A stretch of 64,000 nucleotides of DNA from the human T2T-CHM13v2.0 reference genome, Homo sapiens. The notes beneath the pieces are model-generated. The model searched no databases. It was not told where the DNA came from and saw nothing but the letters and a program-made list of their open reading frames with translations. The translations under genes were made by a program, and so were the position numbers. This document shows, piece by piece, positions 1 through 14,325 of the stretch (position 1 is the first letter of the stretch; the number at the start of each line of letters is the position of its first letter). Where the stretch lies: the NCBI RefSeq assembly GCF_009914755.1, contig NC_060930.1, one strand, 5' to 3'.

Positions 1-964
1 GTATATTCTATATGATTTTTACTCTATTTTTTGCATATCATTATTTGCTGTAGAAATGTAAAATCCTGAGCGAATAAGAAACAATTCACATAATTTTGTT
101 TCAGAATGGACCACCAAATTTGGCAGTGTAAAATGCTGTTACTTATTGCTGTAGACAAAATGAACACTTTCAAAGTTAATTCTGCATAGCTGAAATTCTT
201 TGACAACAAAATAAATTCTGGATACTAGTAGAAAATTTATGGATTTCAATTAGAGTTTGTAGTGTGTCATAATTCCAGTTTTATATTCCATGCAGTTCAG
301 TTTTGGGTTTTTAATGGGGCCAGTGCAGTAATAATAAAAATGATTCAAAATGCACCCAGTAATTACAGAGATTTGCTGTTGCGTTTGCATTAAAAATGAT
401 GATGATTTATGCTCGGTGAAATTGTGGTCTGTGGCTCTATTTAGGGCATTCTTGCTATTAAGCTGCTTATTAGTTATGGTCAGTGATTTAAAGCTTAAGA
501 CCTACATTAGAGGACTGTAAAATTATTTATTCTTTAATAGATAATAGTAAATTTGAAGCAGACATTAGATTAATTATAATCTTGTACATTAACGAATACG
601 GATTAGTCCTTTGTCTCTTTTTAGGTCTTTTGAAATTCAAGTAAATGGAAAATGAGTTGATTGAGTTAGAGAGTTCAGTGAATTTACTTTTGCCTCCTGG
701 TTTGTAAATAGTTAACACCTTTTCCAAATTTCTCATTGTGGGTCCTTCTCCACACTAAACAAATGCAAGTTCTCGCAATAACTTGTCTTTGTTCCATGTT
801 GACATTCCTTAAATTAGCTGAAAAGATCTGAGAGGGAGGCTTTTTGCCTGATTTGGGGGCAGGGGCTGTGGGGGATGGAAATGTAGTTAAGGATAAGCGG
901 ACTTTAATTTGGCATTGCAGAAGGGAGTTTGTCATTATTCCTATTACTAGTAATTATGTATAAA

Positions 965-1072
965 TTTACATATATGTGTGTATATATTTATACTCAGGTG
1001 CACACAAGTACAAATGTGTGCATGTGTGTGTGTATATATAAAACACAGACACACACATATATACATACATAA
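965..1072. repeat. Mixed (TA)/(TG)/(CA) low-complexity microsatellite
   Basis: Runs of tatatgtgtgtata and acacacacatatatacatac. Confidence 0.7.
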
Positions 1073-1354
1073 ATCAGGTTATATACCTTTCTTTATATTT
1101 TATGTAAGACAGAAATCATCTAATATAAACATCAAAGTGTATTAGGATAGGAATTTCTTGTAACATTAATTAAATTTGATATTCAAATTCCTGTGTAATG
1201 CTTGGGTGTTATGCTAAAACAAGATAAATATCTAAGAGAAAGAGACTGCATATAAAGCTGTTAAATCAAATGAGAAAATATGTGGGTATTATTCAGGATA
1301 AGGTAGGGTATGGTTTAATAAGAAAATATCTGCCCCACCTCCAACCCCCAAATT

Positions 1355-1975
<621 letters not shown>

Positions 1976-2485
1976 AAAGAGGAAAATCAAATGGCATTAG
2001 ATGAATACAGAGTTTTGTCTGCTGTAGTATGTAAAATGCTTCTGAACTCTCTGAATATAATCATGTGAATTTACAATCAGAAAAATGCCAAAAATGCATG
2101 GCATCTTTTAAAAAATTTCTTGATATCCCCATTCCCTTCTGCCCTATGTGCTAAGAATTGGAAAGAAAATTAGCTGGTTGTATCTAGATTCCTATCACTA
2201 GTGGCTTGGTACACTGTAGTTTATTCTAGTTACTCTGCCTCTTTCTTTCTTTAGAGTAGTTGATGGCCTCACCTGAGAATAACACCATACAGCTGGGCAG
2301 CGTTGGCGTTTCCCATTAGTCGGTCCCACTTTGGGTCCTGCCTTTCCATCACTGACCTCCTCCCTCTTTCCCCTGTTGAATGCTCTTTTCTTTTGTGAGA
2401 ATTAATGGTGCACATTCTGAAGGTGGGAAAGAGTCATTATTTAGCTGTTTAACAGAACACCTCGGTTGATAAATTTAGTTACATG

Positions 2486-3101
2486 TTGCATTAGTTTTCT
2501 ATTGCTGCATAATAAATAGCCACAAACTTAGCTGCTAAAAATAACATCCATTTATTATCTCATAGTTCTGTGGGTGAGAATTCTGGGCAAGCCTCAAGCT
2601 TGACTGGATTCTCTGCTCAGAGTTGCAGAAAGCCAAAATTAAGGTATCAGCCAGCCGGGGCTCCTATCTGGAGGTTCTGGGGGCAGAATCCACTTCCAAG
2701 CTCATTTAGTTTGTTGGGAGAATTCCTTGCAGCTACAGACAGGAGGTTCCCGTTTGCTTTGCTGGCTGTTAGCCATGGTCCACTCTCTGAGCTGGAGGCT
2801 GCCCTCACTTCTTTTCATGTGGTGCCTTCCATCTTCAAACCAGCAATGGTGGGTTGGATCTTCGCAGACTTTTAATTTCTCTGACTTATTATTTTCCAGC
2901 CAGAGAAACACTATGACTTTAAAGGGCTCAAGGTATTAGATTAGACCAACCCGAGAGAATAATCTCCCTTTTGTCATGTACTGTAAGCTCATCGTGGGAG
3001 CGCCATCTATCATATATTCACAGGCTCCACCCACACTCGAAACGGAGGGGATTACACAAGAAGAGGAATCACTGGGGTCATTCTTAGAAATCCGTTGACT
3101 G
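2486..3101 (-). mobile_element. MaLR solo LTR (MLT1E/F-like)
   Basis: Begins ttagtttttctattgctgcataataaatagccacaaacttagc; contains agaatccacttccaagctcatt and ccatcttcaaaccagcaatgg; ends ggggtcattcttagaaatc. Confidence 0.75.
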
Positions 3102-4130
3102 CGTTTATTTCTGCCCAAGAAATATAGCTTAGGAAGGAAGTTTTTTCATGGAACCTGTAGTTTTGCCCAAATGCAGAATTGAAAAGTAAGAAATCTTTCT
3201 TCAACAAGAATTAGATACTGATAGGGGAAGAGGAGGTGGCTGAAGCTGGTGGGGAGAGAATATGAATTTTCTTTTAAAGGCTTCTTGATATACAGAAAAT
3301 ACTTAAAGAGCAACTTAATTTAGGTAATGGGCATATAGAATAGTTGACTTCCTTGATTTTCAAATTAAGAACAGCACTCATAAAATCTCATTTAATAAGT
3401 TCAACAAGAAAAAATATAATAATAGCCAATTAAGAGAAAGAGATTTAGCAGGGAGTGGGAAGTAGAGAGACAGCACAGAGGGTAAAAGCCATTCAGAGAT
3501 CTTAATAGATGAACAGTATCCCTTAGAGGATAATGTTGCTAACTATTATTAAAAATCAGGTTGTGATTTTATATGAATGGTTTAATAGTTTTTGTACATG
3601 TTGCCTCCTCAGAGAGACCATCATTTCGGTACCCCACCACTCATTATCATATCACTCTCTTACTGTCTTTCTAGAACGTGGCAGAATTTGAAATTGTCTA
3701 TGTTACATGTCTAATTGTTTATTCTCTGCTTCCCAATTTGAATACAGAATTATGTGTTCCCTGTTAACTTTACCCCAGAATGGGAAATGCAGAGAACCAA
3801 GTCCTAGTCCCAGGTCTGTGACTAACTTGCTTAGAAGTCAATTCGTTTGTGATTCTGAGAACAGAACTCATCTCAACATCTATCAAATGAAGAATGTACA
3901 GTAGAGGAATTAGATGATTTCAAATGCTTCTCCCAAAGGTATCCTCTATGCCTTTTTTCCCTTTGTTTCCAAAATGATCTGCTTTCTTGATTAGGACTTA
4001 ATATTTCTAAAAATATTGGGTGGTCATGTGCTGAAAGAAAAGATGGTGCTGTGAAGGAATTTGCACAGGGTTCCCTGAAGTGAATTGTTTCTCTTACCCT
4101 TGGCTTTCTCCCCATGAAAATGAAGGCAGA

Positions 4131-4495
4131 GTATGACAGATTGTATTTCTCCTCTTGAAATCACCTTTCTTGCATTGCCCCTCCCTGCAGGAGTATTATG
4201 TGTCTTAACCCTTTGAACTCTGACATGCTTTGGTTAATGAAAGGTGAGTAGAAGTGATGTGGCTCTCTTCCAAGCAGAAGCTTTACAAAACTGTGCATGG
4301 TTCACAAATTAAATCTTTTCCCTTAGTCACAATGACTGGCAGTGATCCTGGAGTGAAGAAAATGGCACAGAACCATAGCTGACCCATACTGGATTTGTAG
4401 CATGAGTGAAAAATAAACCTTCATTGTTGAAAGCCATTGAAACTGTGAGGTCATTTGTTACTGAAGCAGAACTGGCCCATCCTGACTGATAAACG
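4131..4495 (+). mobile_element. MaLR solo LTR (MLT1I/J-like)
   Basis: gtagcatgagtgaaaaataaaccttcattgttgaaagccattga ... tttgttactgaagcag ... cctgactgata is a typical MLT1I/J 3' end. Confidence 0.7.
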
Positions 4496-4504
4496 CCTGA
4501 TACT

Positions 4505-5035
4505 TGCGTGCACCAGTTCAAATCATCTTGGCCTGAATTCCTATTGCAGCCACGGTTGAGCAAACAGCTCTGCATGAGTTTCAACCAGCATCACATAGGT
4601 GCACCCTAGCAGCTCATTGGTTTAGGCCTGTGCTTCTTGCTTTCAGTCCAGAGGTTCCTCTAACTTTGTCATGTACTCCTGTGGGAACTGACTGGCACTC
4701 ATACATGTATGAACAGGAAGTGCAAGGATATTAACATCCATGAGACAAACCTTGACAAATGAGTAATGGAAGGTGATGGATAAATGTTTCTCTCCTTGTT
4801 CTTTTTTCATGCACAGCTCTGAGATGTATTTCCTAAGGCTCCTGGAAAGGTTTTCCATAATAGAGCAACACATCACCAAGCAGCCAACCCCTTCACACAT
4901 CGCGTCGGTTTTGGGCTTTCCTTCTTTGTTTCACTCACTCCTTCCTTTTACTCTCTAGGATCACATTCCCAAATAAACTATCTACATATGAGCCTTTGCC
5001 TCATGTTTTGTTTACTGGGAGAACATGACTCATCA
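4505..5035 (+). mobile_element. ERVL solo LTR (LTR16-like)
   Basis: ggatcacattcccaaataaactatctacatatgagcctttgcctcatgttttgtttactgggagaac resembles the LTR16 3' end; internal aggaagtgcaagg and ggataaatgtttctctcc motifs. Confidence 0.65.
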
Positions 5036-5239
5036 CCAGTTAGATTCTCTTTGAATTGAACCAACTTGAACATTATCCACCACCGGAGCAAATTATGTAC
5101 TTCTATAGCATGGAGGATTATACTGTACATTTATAGTAACTTGCAGAACACAAACAGTTTGCTACTTAGACTGGAAGTTATTGTTAGATTTCCTGATTTA
5201 AAAATAAGTTCTCCCTTCCCCCATTAATCCTCTATCAAC

Positions 5240-6222
5240 CGGCTATTATTAAAAAGTCAAAAATAGGCCATACGAGATGGCTCATGCCTGTAATCCCCAC
5301 ACTGGGGGAGGCTAAGGCAGGAGGATCACTTGGGCCCAGGATTTTGAGACTAGCCTGGGCAACATAGCAAGACCTTTGTCTCTAAAAAAATAAAAACATT
5401 AGACGGGCATGGTGGCCCACTTGTAGTTTGAGCTACTTGGGAGGCTGAAGAAAAAGGATTGCTTGAGCCCAGGAGTTTGAGGTTACAGTGAGCCATGATC
5501 ACTGCACTAGAGCCGGGGCAACAGAATGAGACTCTTGTCTCTCTTAAAACAAAAAGGTCAAAAAATAGCATGTTGAAGGGAAAGGGAACATTTATACTCT
5601 GTTGGTGGGAATGTAAATTAGTACAATCTCTATGGAAAACAGTACAGAGATTTCTTAAATAATTAAAAATAGAACTACCATTTGATCCAGCAATCCTGCT
5701 ACTGGATATTTACCCAAAGGAAAAGAAATTATTATATTAAAAGATACCTGAACTCATATGTTTATCACAGCACTATTCGCAATAGCAAAGATATGGAATC
5801 AACCTAAGTATCCATCAATGGATGACTAGATTAAAAAAATGTGGTATATATACACAATGGAATACCATTCGGCCATATAAAAGAGTGAAATTATGTCTTT
5901 TGCAGCAATATAGATGGAACTGGAGGCCATTATGTTAAGTTAAACTATTCAGAAACAGAAAGTCAAAACCAGCATGTTCTCACTTTTGAGGTGAGGGCTA
6001 AAGAATGTGTACAAATAGACCTAGAATGTGGAATAACAGACATTGGAGACTCAGAAGGGTGTGAGGTGGGCTGAGGTGAGGGATGAGAAATTACTTAATG
6101 GGAACAATGTACATTATTGGGGTCACCGTTAGACTAAAAATGCCCAGACTTGACTGCTACTCAATATATCCGTGTAACAAAACTGCACTTATACCTCTTA
6201 TATTTATATATATATATATAAA
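5240..6222 (+). mobile_element. L1 3' end (L1PB4-like), interrupted by AluJ
   Basis: ORF2 end and 3'UTR: gttggtgggaatgtaaattagtac, gaactaccatttgatccagcaatcc, gatgagaaattacttaatggg, gtaacaaaactgcactt. Confidence 0.9.
5266..5550 (+). mobile_element. AluJ SINE nested in L1
   Basis: Diverged dimer (ggaggatcacttgggcccagg, gcttgagcccaggag); TSD aaaa(a/g)gtcaaaaa. Confidence 0.9.
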
Positions 6223-7107
6223 CCCTCCCATTATTAGTTCTCAGTCCATCCTGGTGCCATAACACACAGATTTTCGTTGTGAGGCATCCATGTTTTTTGA
6301 CATTCAGTGATTGAATAACATGTTGTTAGACACAAATTTCAAATGTGGAAACACAGTAGAGGGGTTGGGATAGCTGTCATTCTGTGATACCTTGCTGCCC
6401 TTCCACTCGAAGTTCTCAGACCACTGACAGCGCCCTGGGGCACAGTTCAGTTGTTAGGTGCCAGGAGAAATACTGTTTCGTTTAGGAATTGAATTGGCCA
6501 AATTCTCATAGTGTCTAGGCTCTGTTCCCTTTTTGCCTCCTCATCAGTCTATTCCCTAAAAATCATAAAATTACAGCATGATAGAACCGGGTCTTAAAAT
6601 AATCTAGCTAACTCCCTTATTTCATAGGTCAAAAAACAAGAGGTTAAGGAAAATGATCTACTTTGTGGGGTGAAGGAGAGAAATTAAGGGGGAATGTAAT
6701 TTTGGCTGTTAAGGAAATACCATTTTCTTTTAACGTAATTAAGTTCTTGATTGTGATGCTCTTAAATGAACCATGAAATTCTAAGCACTTACCATGCGAG
6801 TGTGATTTTTAACTAAGCCTTTTTTTTTCTACCCCCAATCTGAATGTTAAGGTGGCAGATGCATAACTAATCTTAGCTGAATCTATATTAAGAAATCAGC
6901 AAGGTGTCTTTATTTAACTTCCATGATGTGTGAATATAATGTAATGTTAAATAGCATGATTTTGCACATTATGTCCTAAAATAAAAACAACTCCCTTAAA
7001 GTGATAGTAAAATGCAGTAATGTGAAAGGTTATTTTTTATTCGATCTCAAACGAAATGAAAAGCACAGAAGAAAAGAATTGGAGACCTTATTCTTAAATG
7101 TGATTCT

Positions 7108-7180
7108 TATATATATGTTTTATATATATATATATGTATATATGTATTTTAACATTTTAATTTATATATATGTAATATTT
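7108..7180. repeat. (TA)-rich low-complexity tract
   Basis: tatatatatatatatgtatatatgtat runs. Confidence 0.7.
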
Positions 7181-8384
7181 TTAAACCTGAAAAACCAAAT
7201 TCAGTGTTTGGGTTTGTATTCTATGTCACACAGAGGAAGCTCCTATCAGCAGAAGAGAAGTTCTAAAATCCTTGTTATCCGAGTTTAAATTTTCTGAAAA
7301 ATATCCCACCCGTTGAGCTTCTATGTTCTTGCTCTGGGATGTTTCCATGGGTCTGTATTAGTTCCAGGAAATTTGGGTCCTTTCTATTTTATCTCTGGAA
7401 TTGAGGTTCCTGCAGAAACTACAAGGGATTATCTGTGTTCTTTGCTGTTTAATGTCTTTGCTGCAGTGAGACAGATTCCTGAAGGAGTAAACAATGAAAT
7501 GTTTTAAGGCTAACTGTGGGAGATTATGTGGAGAGGAAATACAGCTATTCTGAGAGAAGACATATAAAATGTTGGCCTGTTGCTTCTTGAAGTAATACTG
7601 TAAAGACCTCTTGCCTGTTGTACATTAACCAATGCAAGCATGTTATAGTTGAAGTTGGGATTCTGGGGTTCACCTTTTTCTCAGTTAATGAATTTTTATT
7701 TTAATGTAATTGAATTTTCTTTAAGAATCCAATTTCCACTTCAGAAGATACCATTCCCCTGGGAAAGTGGCTCCCAATCCAAAGAACATAGACCCTTGAG
7801 GAATTAATACAAGACTCTTGGAACCTATTTGGGCATCAACCATTGTCAGTGAACATCTGCATAAATAGTGTTTTATATAAACACATTTGAAGGTGTTCTT
7901 ACATTTTTGGTCACTTTTAAAGCAGTACTTTTTCTCAATCAAAGGGTAGCAGGAAAATAAGAAAAGCCTAACAGTAAGGTGACTCTGTGTGTGTGTTTGT
8001 GCACATGCATACATATGCCTGTGTGGGGCGGGGTTGCGGAGGCGCAGTCTGTGTTTTTAAAAACAATTAAAGAGGTCTTTATGCTTTAACAAGCTGAGAA
8101 CTACTATGGTAGTTATGTTCTGTAGGGCATGCTTCACAAAGCTAAATGAAAAATTTTAAAGTTAATGACTAAACAGTGCTTAAAGCATACACATTATTCA
8201 TGATTTATTCTAATAACATTTGTGGATGACTAACTTAATAATGGTGCTGAACATCCATTATGTTTTTGTTCTAAAGATGTGTCTAAGTATCTATGCCTCC
8301 TTAGGGGTGGGTTTACATCACTCAGTGATTGAACTAAGATATATAATTCCATGTCTTTGTATAGAACAGGTACTGGAAAAATCA

Positions 8385-8615
8385 ACCAGTTATATAGGCT
8401 TCCACTGTGCCAGATACTGTTCTAAACAGTCTTGTAGATATTAGCCCATTTAATCCTCATGATAACTCTCTGGGATGTAGGGACTGCTGTGGTTCCTATT
8501 TTGTAGAGGGGGAACTGAAGCGGAGAATGGTTAGGTTGGGTAATATGCGCAAGGCCATCCATCCAGGAAATGGCAGAGCTGGACTTTGAATCCAGAGTCT
8601 GAGCAGATCCCTTGC
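8385..8615 (-). mobile_element. MIR SINE
   Basis: tgtgccagatactgttctaa, catttaatcctcat, attttgtagagggggaactgaag, ggcagagctggactttgaatccag. Confidence 0.8.
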
Positions 8616-9263
8616 CCTGTCCTGCTTCCATCAGAGGACTTCATGTCTGTCCTGGCAGGAAGGGATAGGATGACTGCTGGGGAATACCTAGAGGCTGGCT
8701 GGTTTGGTTTGAGGTAGTATGCCTCATGTGTTCTCCACTCCCTAACCCCAACTACCAAATTGTTTTCTCTCTTTCTGTATCTTTCTCTTTCTCATATACA
8801 ATCTCACATACCTACAACCACTCTGGACCCACGCTGGACACGATGCCATAAGGTTACCTTGGACAATGGCTGAGAGGTCCTTTGGTCTGGGCTTTGTTCC
8901 TAAACCTTCCCCTAGGAATTGTCACTGCATAACACCCAGCATGAATGGGTAAGGTCTCCAATGCATAATACAACTCAGTCCTATTTACGTGTTTTCCTGC
9001 TTTAGGTAACACATTTGTGTTTCTTCCGAGTTCATTTGGACAAGGTCAGTGTCTTGAGGGTTATTCAGATGACTTTATAAGCACTGTTCTTTTAAAGCAG
9101 TTAGCCATGGTCTAACTTGAAAGCCACATCACAGCATGTTTTTTTTTTCTGAAAAGTCTGAAAGTGTTCTTTTTCAGCCCTGCCAAAATTGGAGACGAGG
9201 TAATGGGACGGAAAACAACACGGGTACCCTGGACTTCCTTCATTCTGGCTGCCACTAAACATG

Positions 9264-9638
9264 TGTGTTAGTCCATTCTCACACTACTTTAAAGAACTGC
9301 TCAAGACTGGGTGATTCAAAAGGGAAAGAGCTTTAATTGACTCACAGAACTGCAGGGCTGGGGAGGCCTCAGGAAACTTACAATTATGGCAGAAGGCAAA
9401 GCAAACATGTCCTTTTTCACATGGTGGCAGGAAGGAGAAGTGCTGAGCAAAAGGGGGAAAAGCCCCTTATGAAACCTTCAGATCCTGCAGGAACTCACTA
9501 TCATGAGAACAACAGTACGGGGGTAACCACCTCTATGATTCAATTACCTTCCGCTGGGTCCCTCCCATGATACATGGGGAATTTTGAGAACTAGAATTTA
9601 AGATAAGTTTTGGGTGGGGACACAGCCAAACCATATCA
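9264..9638 (-). mobile_element. THE1C-like MaLR solo LTR
   Basis: tgtgttagtccattctcacact ... gggtggggacacagccaaaccatatca with a perfect 5-bp TSD ACATG (9259-9263 and 9639-9643). Confidence 0.92.
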
Positions 9639-10161
9639 ACATGCAAATGTGCCTGGGAAAGAATCGCTAAAGAGGATGACGCTGTTGTCTTGCTTCCTTG
9701 CCCCTTCCGATTCATCAAGTGAGGTCGTGGCCAGTGGAGGCCAGGCTTCAGTGTTTGGGGAACTGAGCTTGGTTGCCAGGAGGCCACAGGCTATTTTGAT
9801 ATGGCAGGCTGGCTGCACTCACAATTGCTGGGTCACTTCAAAAGCTCTTGTGATTGGCAAGGCTGGCAAGCACAGTCCTTCAGAGAAGCATGTTTTTTCC
9901 AGGCAGAGCAGCCATCTTTGCAACCCCCTCACCAGACAGGAGAGAAAAGTCACCTCACCTTAATGGCAGGAAGGTTCCAGACTTCCCAGTTCCTTGGACT
10001 GAGCCAGATGAGAGCCAGAAGGGTGAATGTGGAGCGATTGCTAGGATGGAGCTATCATTTGAATGGGCAGAATTCTATTTCAGACTGATGACTTGGTTGG
10101 ACGCTTGATGCTGATTTTGTGATGCCTACCTTAACTTCTTGTATCCAGAAGTGGTATAGAG

Positions 10162-11864
<1,703 letters not shown>

Positions 11865-12621
11865 GGATACAACATTGCAGTGTTCTCAAGTGGAGGTTTC
11901 TGAGCTGTCATGAAATTACAAAAAGTTTCCCAGGTTGGGAATAGTGACTTTTCATTATATAGTTTTAAATACATCAGAGACAATTACTTAAATAATTTTA
12001 TCTTTAAAATGAAAACTTTGTAGAGCTCAAATATGCTTACATCACATATTAAACTCTCATTCTTCAATAACTGATATAAAAACAAAAATACTGGCAATTA
12101 TTTTCAATTTTAATTTATCAGAAATAAATTATATCTACAACGATAGTATGTTATTTATAGAGCAATGCTTGAAAGTGGCCACTAAAACCTTCTCTCTTGT
12201 CTTGCAATTTAAAATAAATCACAAATATTCAAGTAAATAATAAATAAACCAGCGGATATTTTGAGCAAAAGAAAAACAGTAGTTCTGTATGTTGACTGTT
12301 TTCTAGTTTTGATGCTGTAACCAATAGTTAAATCTCAGTCTGCATATTAATATACATGGAGTCAACATATAAACATATAGTTTTTAATGTATTTTAACAA
12401 ATCATATTTTTCATACATAATTTAAAGTTTGCATCATTTATTGAATAGGAAGAAGTCAAACTTTTTCATTATGACATTAAATATAACTAAATAAGCATCA
12501 TGCATAACATTTTATATTCTGAATAAAAATAAAATACTTTTGTCTAAAATCACCTTTGTATCAATGAAGGGATTAAAAAACATTTCTAATAACATTTAAA
12601 ATTCTATCTTTCCTGCAAAGG

Positions 12622-13069
12622 AGCCTATGTTTTCTAGGGCTTGTAACAAAATAATACCAACTGTGTGTTAAAACAACAGAAGTTTGTTTTCTCACAGTTC
12701 ACAGCCAGAAGTCTGAAATCAACGTGTCAGCAAGGCCATGCTGCCTCCAGAGCCTCTAGGGGAGACTCTTTCCTTGTCTTTTCCAGCTTCCAGTGGCTTC
12801 TGGCATTCCTTGGCTTGTGGCTGCACCACTCCACTCTCTGCTTCCACTTTCACCTGGCCTCTTGTTGGTATGTCCCTGTGTCCTCTCCTCTCCTTTCCTT
12901 GTGAGAACACCAGGGATTAGATTCAGGGCCCACCCTAAATCCAGGATAATTTCATCTTGAGATCCTTAATTAAGAACATCTGCAGAGACTCTATTTCCAA
13001 ATAAGGTCACATTCTGAGGTTCCAGGTGGATGTGAATTTTGTGAGGGGGGACACTATTCAACCATTACA
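12622..13069 (-). mobile_element. MaLR solo LTR (MLT1B/C-like)
   Basis: aaaacaacagaagtttgttttctcacagttc, agggcccaccctaaatccaggataatttcatcttgagatcctt, ccaaataaggtcacattctgaggt, gacactattcaaccattaca. Confidence 0.88.
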
Positions 13070-13094
13070 GTTTCCCAACATAAAATGATTGCAG

Positions 13095-13345
13095 AGCATA
13101 GAAGTAGTTTTGATAAAGTGGGCTTTGCTGTTGCACAGACCCACCCTGCCACTGATTAGCAGTTTGACCCTGGTAGGTTGTCTACACTTTAAAGCCTCAG
13201 ATTCTTCATTTATAAAGTTGGGTCTAGGATCGCCATCACATTGGCTTGTGGTAAGCAGTAAAGGTGATTATGTAAAAGTGTACGTTCACATCACAGTCCC
13301 TGGGAGGTAGGCACAGAGGGAGTTCACTCAGTAAATATTAGCAGC
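13095..13345 (+). mobile_element. MIR SINE
   Basis: ctgccactgattagcagtttgacc, gcctcagattcttcatttataaagttggg, cactcagtaaatattagc. Confidence 0.7.
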
Positions 13346-13959
13346 CGTTTGCTGCTGTTGCTGGAGCAGGCAGGTAATAATAATCATAGTATGTTCTATA
13401 AGCATACCGTCATGGCAATTATATTGGTGATAATTGAAGTATGAGTTAGCAGATTAATGTTAATGGTGATTTCAAAGACAATTAGTATACAATAATAGAT
13501 GATTTTCCTGTGGAATAGGTTGATGAGAGACAGAGACAGAAGGAGGGAGAGAATGAGAACTTCAAGTGAGCAGCCCAGGAGCCTGATGAGAGCCAGGCAA
13601 CAGAAGTGTTGTATCCAAAGACCCACCATATTTTAACGAACTGCAGTAGAGGCCAGACACTGGCGTTCAGCACACTCCAGCATTTATGGCTATTTCTGTT
13701 CTGGGCTTGTGCTGCGTAATTATAAGGCCTGTGTCTTGATCACATTTTGGATGGTATTCGGAGAACCTGAATCACAAGACAGAGGAAAAATCTAAAGGCA
13801 TCTATCACTGTGATTCCAGACAATCCAATCTAAACCTGCCCTCCTGCAGCTGTCAAATTGATTTCCTGTCACAGCTCTCTTGGTGGCTATTTTCGAATCT
13901 CCCCCCCGTCCTCCTAGAAACTCTGCCCTTGCCCCTCTCATGGGCTCTTCTGCAGGTAG

Positions 13960-14325
13960 CTTTGGCCCATCAGAACTGAGAAGTGGTCCGTGGCACAGTC
14001 CCGCCCTCCCTCACTCACCTCCAAATGTGTGGGCCCACTGACCCATCTGTCTTCATTCCTTCTGATTTTGATGAGAAATTACCCCACTCCCCTTTAAGGC
14101 TAACTCCCACCTCATCTACTCCGACCCAGGTGATAATTATGGTTCATAATTATCCCTTTGTTTTTTGCATTTAGTCTGTCTCCATGGAATCCTTCCACTC
14201 CGCCTGAAAATATGCCCAAGCTCCCTCTTCGTTCTTAAAATCGCTGTCCTTTCCAACTACCAAATACCTCCTTAATCGTTCTATTAAACTTCTTGAAAGA
14301 GTGGTGACCTAGCCCCCACTTCTTG
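13960..14325 (+). mobile_element. L2 LINE internal fragment
   Basis: aaggctaactcccacct, ggaatccttccactccgcctgaaaatatgc and aaacttcttgaaagagtggt resemble L2 ORF2. Confidence 0.55.

Noticed and set aside
6415-6434. RE1/NRSE-like sequence ctcagaccactgacagcgcc
   Set aside because: The left half has a 1-nt deletion and the critical GGACAG reads TGACAG; too degenerate to call.
7745-7974. Possible exon after tttccacttcag
   Set aside because: All three frames stop early, the donor is weak, and nothing else supports it.
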